Part shown: positions 23,396 through 30,878 of the stretch, piece by piece
Layout of the letters: the number at the start of each line of letters is the position of its first letter
Position numbering within the stretch: position 1 is the stretch's first letter
Origin: Catajapyx aquilonaris
Lineage: Eukaryota
NCBI GenBank assembly: GCA_000934665.2
Contig: KZ539076.1
Location: forward strand, 1 to 35,013
Reading direction: 5' to 3'
Length of the DNA: 35,013 nt
The notes under the pieces: generated by a model
The model's input: the letters and a program-made list of their open reading frames with translations, nothing else
Databases searched by the model: none
What the model was told of the DNA's origin: nothing
Position numbers and translations under genes: made by a program

Positions 23396-23549
23396 CCTTT
23401 AGGGAGTTGTGCTTGGAAGTCGAATTATCTTGTAGAATTTTATGTTGTTTGTCGAATTGAGCCTGCTTGGTAACGTTCATATTGTTGTGTGTTAATATCG
23501 TTGTCCTGGTGACAGGAATTGTGTAATGATCAATCTTGAAGTGAGCGAG

Positions 23550-25448
23550 TTATGAAATGTACGGATATTTTGTGTGCGTCATGGACTGGTTTATTTTCGC
23601 CTTGTTTTTGCAATGCTGCTTACATGAATTGCACCACAGTTCAATACCGATCGCCATCAAGGACAGGGCGATTCCAAATAAATAAATGAAAAACGTGCCT
23701 TCATACCTATGAAGCGACAGTCTTATTTCGCCTTCAGAATAGTGTCCTCCACTTTGTCTGGTGGCTCTGGCTACATTCAAGTGGTGCAGATGAGCCAGGA
23801 AACTACTTCTCTTTTCCTTCAGACCAATCGACTCAAACACTTGCATCCAAAAGTTGATGTTCTCTGAATACACGCTCTGTTTGGGCAAAGCAACAGAATG
23901 GTATATGAGGGCCATGTGGTCTCTGGATGTTATAGTCTTGCGATCGTCGCACTTTCGAGATGATTCGATCGCACTTTGTATCCGATACCCTGTGCTCATG
24001 CAGACGTGTCTCTCTGTCAGCATACCGTCGACACACTCTTTCATATCGTCTGTCTGAATAGAATTGTCCAGAAATTCACGGTACTTAACCTTGGTGTATT
24101 GGTCCATGTTGGCCAACATGCCTTCGTACACTTGGCGCTCCCAAATGACTTGGAAATCTGATGCACACAGTTCGTCCAGACTGTTTGGGATTGTTTCTTT
24201 CGGAGGCGACATTAGGAAGTTGAACAGGTTGCTCTTGTATCCTGTGGTGAACACTATTGAAAAGCAGATTAGGAGGAAGAGAAAAATACGTGACGATGAC
24301 AACACAACGGTTTTCTGATGCTGCTGATCAAACAGTATCCGTACCAGACTCAGCAGCACAGAGTCGCAACTTTTGTATCGCCGTGATTGTGATAAAAAAC
24401 GTGACTGAACATAGTCTGTCATACGCATTTGCAATGCGCATACAATAAGCGTAGTAATGAAACAAATCCACGGCACTGCTTGGTACGGAAGGATTAATAA
24501 AATATGTGGAGTTATTATAGGTAGAGGTTGTCGACTCACGAAAGTCAAAGGGTTGACTTCTCTAGTTGCAGCAAAGTCCACCACTTGAAGCATCAATTCA
24601 AGCTGCATTATGTCCAACAAGTATGGTATCTTACCACTCTTGATGTCAGCCAAGAATTCCAATCCGGTTTTAACATCTGTGACAACATCGATGAAATCTT
24701 GTCGTCTGACCTTCCACTTGAAATTGAGCGCTTGTCCCAAAAAACAAAAGTGAATGTACACCACGTAAGGATCGCAATTAGTGTAATTAGTTTCCTGGTA
24801 ATAATACGTGCTGTTCCATAACAATCCATTGAAGTTCCTTGCAGTGTCTGGAAACAGGGTTTGCAGTGTTGGCAAGCCTTCAAACGAGTAGTTGCCCAAC
24901 TCAACAATAGCAGGGCTACCATTGTTGCAGAAGAAGCAAGTTGAGTGCAAGTGTTGTTTGGTCACTGCGACTTTGTACTTGATTTTGGAAACATGATCTT
25001 CCAAAAGGTAGTTCACATCATCTGAGTCTCTCAGCCAAAAGATGAAGCGATCTTGGTTCTTTTTGGTGAGTCCCACCAGCTGGTCCATTAGTGACTCGAA
25101 ATTGTCGGAACAACTGGTGACAACATGGATCGAGCAGGAATGAGTCGGACTGGTCCAATAATCGTCCGAATCGTCCAATTCGAACGATTCGGAACAATTC
25201 AGTGAACTAAGTGCGTCGGAATTCCTTCTGATAATCACTGGTCTTCCTGTGAATGTCACAAAATTGTCAATAATGGACACTGGAACTGAACCGTGTAGGT
25301 CGTGAGTGAAAACCAGTGTACAATCAGGAGGAAAGTTTCTGCTCACAAGAAGTCTGACGAATGACAAAATTGGTGACATCTGTTGCACGACACTGATGCT
25401 GGAGACTGACATTTGAAGTAGGACGAAAATACCTGTTGACGAAATCAT
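23550..25448 (-). CDS. Divergent ionotropic receptor (IR, iGluR-related chemosensory receptor), intronless, ~632 aa
   Basis: Hydrophobic N-terminus; LFPD..RNFNG before S1; VDF...LTFVSRQP; M1 LLILPYQAVPWICFITTL; pore segment LLSLVRILFDQ; SSRIFLFLLICFSIVFTTGYKSNLFNFLMSP (xYxxNL motif); PNSLDEL; terminal TM LSLHRYEGTFFIYLFGIALSLMAIGIE. First ATG at 25448; the track start at 25469 is a GTG. Confidence 0.9.
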   Translation of the reverse strand: MISSTGIFVLLQMSVSSISVVQQMSPILSFVRLLVSRNFPPDCTLVFTHDLHGSVPVSIIDNFVTFTGRPVIIRRNSDALSSLNCSESFELDDSDDYWTSPTHSCSIHVVTSCSDNFESLMDQLVGLTKKNQDRFIFWLRDSDDVNYLLEDHVSKIKYKVAVTKQHLHSTCFFCNNGSPAIVELGNYSFEGLPTLQTLFPDTARNFNGLLWNSTYYYQETNYTNCDPYVVYIHFCFLGQALNFKWKVRRQDFIDVVTDVKTGLEFLADIKSGKIPYLLDIMQLELMLQVVDFAATREVNPLTFVSRQPLPIITPHILLILPYQAVPWICFITTLIVCALQMRMTDYVQSRFLSQSRRYKSCDSVLLSLVRILFDQQHQKTVVLSSSRIFLFLLICFSIVFTTGYKSNLFNFLMSPPKETIPNSLDELCASDFQVIWERQVYEGMLANMDQYTKVKYREFLDNSIQTDDMKECVDGMLTERHVCMSTGYRIQSAIESSRKCDDRKTITSRDHMALIYHSVALPKQSVYSENINFWMQVFESIGLKEKRSSFLAHLHHLNVARATRQSGGHYSEGEIRLSLHRYEGTFFIYLFGIALSLMAIGIELWCNSCKQHCKNKAKINQSMTHTKYPYIS

Positions 25449-26109
25449 TTTAGGAAGAAAATTGAGCACAGAAATCCTTCACAGCGCACATGATAGATTT
25501 TCAACGATGAAACTAAGTCCTTCGTGAAATACCTGTAACGCACTGACTATACGTGTCATGAATATTTTGTGTCTATGATGACAAACATTATTCTGTGAAT
25601 TCGACATCAATCACAATGAACTGTTTCATCTTTGAAGCGGAACATGTACCCACGAATGAAATCGTTGAGCATTCCAAATGCTGAAGGTTGTAACCCATGG
25701 TGATATCGACAAAACTGATATTCACTGTCAGCATTTTTGCGCTCATTTATAGCTCAGAATTGAAGCTATTGAATATCAGAAAAAAAGCTAGAGTATTATC
25801 AAGTGATAGTGAATTTTCATACCACCATTTTCCTGCATTTCTTTTACGTGGTTGAAGATTAATTTTACCAACATCACCATCATAATTATAAAACTTGCAT
25901 TACTTAGTTCTTTGGAAGTAAAGTTACTGCAACAATATTGAGTCGGGTTTCAATCGAATTTATCTGTCAAACACACACAGGTTTTTAAAAAACATATTAA
26001 TTCAGAATTTCGCCCCAAACACAGACAATAATATTTTTGATTATCGCACAGTCCAGTTGTTGAGTCACATCCAGCACTCCTTCCTTGACCCCATTGACCC
26101 AACCTTCTC

Positions 26110-26490
26110 TTAACCCTTAGACCCTCCTCCAATGTCCTTTGGCTTCTCATCGCCTTTGGCTCCGGGGATATCCTTCTTGTCAGTCTCAGCACGAGTCAAT
26201 TTCTTCTCGAACTCTTCCAGAGTAGGTATAGCGTACGAGATGCCCGGGTCCTCCTCGCCAGTGGCAATGAGTTGAGCTACCTTGGTCTTCATGTTCCTCA
26301 TGGCCTTCTGGTAGTTATACTCGTCATAGTAAGGATGCTCAGTGTTTGGCTGTTCCTTCTCCACCACCACCTTCTTGGACCCCTGATAATAAATTAGATA
26401 CCGTACCTTAAAATTGTTATCTTCAAGAATTTAAGAGGGGAGATAATATACCTCACTTTGTGGAGGAGTGGTCTTCTCTTTGCCAGACAT
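26110..26490 (-). CDS. Orphan array gene H, 103 aa, two exons
   Basis: Exon 1 26490-26452 (MSGKEKTTPPQSE|gtatat); exon 2 26382-26110 (GSKKVVVEKEQPNTEHPYYDEYNYQKAMRNMKTKVAQLI...). Confidence 0.87.
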
Positions 26491-26618
26491 CTTTTAGGGT
26501 GATTATAAGATGTGCTGGGAAGTCGAATTCTCTGGAACGTGTGTTGTTTATCGAATTTGTACTGCTTGGTAACGACCTTGACAGTTGTTAACATTGTTGC
26601 GTATTTTTTTGTAATGTT

Positions 26619-26632
26619 GTTGCTCTGGTAAC
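26619..26632. promoter_or_regulatory. X-box-like element upstream of gene H (second, distal site)
   Basis: GTTGCTCTGGTAAC. The homologous distal site upstream of gene G is GTTGTCCTGGTGAC at 23500-23513. Confidence 0.55.
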
Positions 26633-26774
26633 AGGAGTGACGAACTATTCAATGAAAGTCCTCACGATGTTGTGTTTCAGTATAGTAAATATTTATTAGA
26701 AATTTACATGACTTTTCGTCCATTTTCCACACGTAAATTATTCTTGCTCAGCAGCATTTCCTGTCCTATACGTT

Positions 26775-27107
26775 TTAATCGGTATCCACCTCCATCGGAG
26801 TCGAATTGTCGACTGATGTCCCAGTATCAACATTCTTGTGGACACCAGCCCTTCCATAATATGGATTGTTGGCTGCCAGTATTGTATTGGCTGCAAGACC
26901 ATCCGCCTTTTTCTTAAGACGCTCCAACTTTTGCTTGAAGTAGCTCATGAACTTCAAGTGACCATCGAATGAATTGGAGTTTCTAATCATTGGCAGTGTC
27001 TGCTGCACCTCCTGGTCCACCTCCATGGGCTGCAGGTTATTGCAAAAAAAAAAAAGCTGTCAAGAGTCAAGGTTTGACATAATATTGTCACTTACCTCAT
27101 CAGTCAT
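26775..27107 (-). CDS. Orphan array gene I, 88 aa, two exons
   Basis: Exon 1 27107-27096 (MTDE|gtaagt); exon 2 27029-26775 (PMEVDQEV...FMSYFKQKLERLKKKADGL...TPMEVDTD*). Confidence 0.8.
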
Positions 27108-27445
27108 GGTTTTAGGAGCTGTGAATATAATTCGATGCAGAATGCTGATTGTGCAAATAGTAATGTTTGTTGACTGGAATTCGCATTGTCTGGCAACGCA
27201 CTGTCTTATTTTTTTTAAGGATAACATCATTGTATCATTGTAATTCTGTAACAATACATTTTAATCATCCTAATACGCAGGCATTGGGTAAATATAACCA
27301 TCTTTATTCACATTCTCTAATGATGATTAAATTAGCTCATTATTGTATATGGTTCACTCAATCCCTTGATTTTTTTTAGATAAAATCGCATGATATTGTT
27401 GCAATGCTGCCGGAATTTAATTCAAATATCTTGTTAATTTAGTAA

Positions 27446-27947
27446 TTATTTTTCACGATGGCGCTTCCATGGAGTGTCTGTTTTTTCCTCCAGTTGCTGC
27501 TGTTGCTGCTGTTCCTGACCTCCAACGTCCTGGATGCTCATCCTGTCGTTCGGAGGTTGCATGGCAGGAGCATTCTGTCCGCTGCCTCCCTCGGTGTCCA
27601 GGTCCATCAGGGACGTGTTAGTCCGTGACCCTTGACCCTGCTGCTGACCATCGAAGCTGAAGGGCTTGGACCAACGATAGGTCAGTGGCAGGCGTTGTTG
27701 CCTGTAGGAACTAATGATGCTGTCGCACCAATCACTGACCGATGTCTGATGTTCAGGAGACGGTGGAGCACCATCTTTGTCCACATCCATAGGCTGATTT
27801 AAAAATAATAATAATTATGTATAGTCGTAGACATATACTGGTACTGTCACACTGCGTTTCAACCGTTGCGATAGGAGACGTGGAATTGGAGGAACTTACC
27901 TCTGACTCCTCGGATATTACGGAGTTATTGCCCTCAGGAAAAGACAT
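27446..27947 (-). CDS. Orphan array gene J, 131 aa, two exons
   Basis: Exon 1 27947-27900 (MSFPEGNNSVISEESE|gtaagt); exon 2 27793-27446 (PMDVDKDG...LMDLDTE...QQQQQQLEEKTDTPWKRHREK*). Confidence 0.8.
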
Positions 27948-28166
27948 TTAAAATTTTTTTGTAATTTAATTTTGAGATGGAAAATCAGAAGGCAAAATTA
28001 TCTGTGTTCTTGAAAATTTTGAGCGGTTGTTGAACAATTTTGTTTGCCAGGAAACGTAACAATGTGCCTGGCCGATTGTGTGATCAGAGAGGTAATAATT
28101 AATTGACATTTATTTATTTTATTTATTTATTTGACACATTATTCCACATTTTTGGGGTGGATAGCA

Positions 28167-30505
28167 TCACATTTTGGCAACTCTTTTAGCAAGTGTTCGT
28201 ACTGCTGCGAATATCTCTTCTCCGCTTGGTATGATGTGCTCCGGAGGCAGTACAAACCCGTATTCACCTGTGTCTCGTAATTCGACAGAATAAGCATATT
28301 TTATTCCAACAACACCTTTCGCCCAATCGCTGGCCGATCCAGACGCCAAATCTGTTCAAAAGAAAAGTTCAAAGTTCAAGGACCTGTCGCATTATTATTG
28401 TGGTTAAAAAGTGCAATACTCACATAGCAAGTCGGGTATGGTACCTGCGATGTACCTGGTATTGTTCACTAAAAATATTGAAGTCACCGCATCTGACGCC
28501 AATGTTTTCTGCAAAAAATGATATTTAAAAAATATATATACCAATTTAGAATTTTTTTTGCAAATTTCTTCTGATTAGAAACGTACCAGGTCGTCGATAT
28601 CAGAAGGCGTCTCTCTGGCATAACCCCAAGGTAGAAGCCAATACTGTAGAATGAGTTGAACTTAATATTAATGTATAATTAGCATAATTAATGTAAATGT
28701 ACCTGACCGAAGCTGTGAAAGTTGATGTACAATTTGATTCGATCTTTATTATTCGCCAAGAATTCAGACATAGCCTTGGTTTCAGGTTCAGAGAAAGGGT
28801 ATGCTCCTCTGAAGTTGAGAGAGCAAGGGTCTGAACTTGCTCCTCCTTCAGCTGTATAAGTTGTGAATAATATTTGTCAATTATTTTAATATCAATAATT
28901 TAAACAGTATTAGACACACTGTACCGTCAAAGTGAAAATCATAGTTGCGATTAGCATCAGCTCCTCTGCATCCACTGGATGGGACATTGTTGGACCGAGT
29001 TTTTCGCCAAAGTCTATCCTGCAAAAAAAATTCGCACATTTTGTTAATCCAGATTTTGCTCAAGTAGCCTACTTACTGTATTGTGAGTGTATTCATATCC
29101 GTCCACGTTAAGTACAGGAAGTATGTACCAGTCGACCGCATCAACAATATCTTTGTTGTGAGTGTAATTAGTCACAAGCTGGTTAATAATGTAAGTGACA
29201 GTCGCTGGTGAAATCCATTCTCTAGCGTGGATGCCTGAGGTCAAAGGTCAAAATAGGAACATATGACTAATTAAAAAGTGGTTATCAATTTTCGGCATAA
29301 AAACAGTTGGCTATCAAAAGTAGCTGCTAATATTAGATAGATTTGAATCATCTTAATTTTTTAAATTTTAATCACATAATTACCGCCATCAAAAAATATG
29401 GCTGGTTTTGACCCAGAATTTCCGCCGCTTGAAATGTGAATTAGTCTCATATCTCTTTCCTCATAACTTGTGCCTATTGACTTCACAGAAGCTAGATGCG
29501 GATAGTTCGCAGCCAGTGTGTCCATCCAATCATAGATCTGCAAAAAAGTTTTTTAAACAGTAATTTTTGTAGTTGAAAATAAGGCGTTAACAAAATCATT
29601 AATGAAAAATTTGCGGTAAATTAACTTTTCCGCCCGAAAAATGTTTTCCTGGGGTTGGTGCAACCAGAGAAAACTTACCGCTGCAATGGTCAAAATCACT
29701 AAAGAAGTATTAATTGTGGTTAAGTCAACATTTCCGGTTCTTTTCCCGCCGAAAAATGTTTTCTAGGGGTTGGTGCAACCAGAGAAAACTTACCGTCTGA
29801 AATGGGTCTACAACAAAATTGTTTTAAATGAAATACTGCATATGAAGTAAACTTTTCCGGCAGGAAAATATTTCCTGGGGGAGTTGGTGCAACCAGAGAA
29901 AACTTACCCCTGCAATGGGTCTAGAACAAAATCATTAATGAAGTATGAAATTGCTGTAAAGTGAACTGTTCAGTCTCTTTTCCGGCCGGAAAATGTTTTC
30001 TGGGGTTTGGTGCAACCGGAGTTAACTTACCGTCTGCAATGAGTGGTAACTTTTCCAATCCATTTTATCCCCTGATATCTCTTTGGTCTTGTCAATCGCC
30101 CTGCGATAAAACATTAATTTAAAAATGCAATCGCAATTATTATTTTTTAAATGTGTCGCTTTACTTTTGAACATCTTGAATGGTTATGATGTACTTAATT
30201 CCGTGCTGATCCAAGTACTCTTCAAACTGTATTTTGTACGTGTCTGACACCATTATTGTTGTCGGATCACTCAGGTTCGGTTCGCTCCAAAAATCGACCT
30301 CAACATTTTGTCTCATGTGCAGAAGACGTTCCATGAACATCTTGTTGGTCGCATTAACCGAATACACCTGGTGGCTTTAAGGATTTAAGTAGTTTAATAC
30401 AGCTCACGACACTTCAATCGCCCTGTAGACTTACCCATTGTAAAGCTTGATGGATGAAACAGTGCAAAAAATTGCGGACAGGAGTACGAATACTTGTGTC
30501 TTCAT
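28167..30505 (-). CDS. M14A zinc carboxypeptidase (A/B-like preproenzyme), 10 exons, ~410 aa
   Basis: Exons 30505-30435, 30374-30165, 30100-30031, 29537-29384, 29234-29077, 29018-28925, 28851-28703, 28643-28587, 28508-28424, 28351-28167, all phase-consistent. Signal peptide, propeptide (VDFW), GIHAREWISPA, WRKTRS, DANRNYD, FSEPET, FHSFGQ, LYLASGSASDW, VELRD. Confidence 0.95.
29590..30040 (-). repeat. Four ~115-bp tandem units in carboxypeptidase intron 3; three duplicate the exon-3 donor junction
   Basis: CATT[G/T]CAG(A)CG|GTAAGTT..CT..GGTTGCACCAA..CCC.AG.AAA.ATTTT recurs, with donors at 30030, 29907, 29793 and 29678. Confidence 0.85.
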
Positions 30506-30530
30506 GTCTGACACCTCACTCGTACAGTAC

Positions 30531-30560
30531 ACTGATAAAAACGTATTTGTTGGTATATAT
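30531..30560 (-). promoter_or_regulatory. Candidate core promoter of the carboxypeptidase (TATA-like plus Inr)
   Basis: On the minus strand, ATATATA at 30560-30554 is followed by ATCAGT (arthropod Inr) at 30536-30531, about 28 nt before the ATG. The spacing is slightly short. Confidence 0.45.
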
Positions 30561-30878
30561 CTTACCGTATCTGATTCGGTCGGGCATAGGTCGTCCCCAT
30601 ATCTATAAAATGCTCCAATTTCTGTTTGCTAATAATTGAATCAGTATCGTCGCTAAGTAGGTTGACAACCGATATTTCGCACGATAAACACGGGAGTGAA
30701 TTCCATACCAAAACATGGCAACACTGTGCAGGTAGTACAACATCCACCACATAGATGGCGCACTAAAGATGACTCACCGCGGACAAACCACAAGCCCAAG
30801 ATTGACTTACCTTTTAAGTTTGGTTTTATTGACTTACAAAGTAATATTATACGATTACAAAACTTTTGGCACGGGGAG

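Noticed and set aside
17362..27947. Array genes as secreted peptides/toxins or as transposon copies
   Set aside because: No signal peptides or Cys frameworks; no TIRs, LTRs, poly-A tails or TSDs around the units; introns are retained, indicating DNA-level tandem duplication.
29590..30040. CRISPR-like appearance of regularly spaced GTTGGTGCAACCAGAGAAAACTTACC
   Set aside because: Eukaryotic intron; the intervening sequences are homologous to each other rather than unique spacers; no cas genes.
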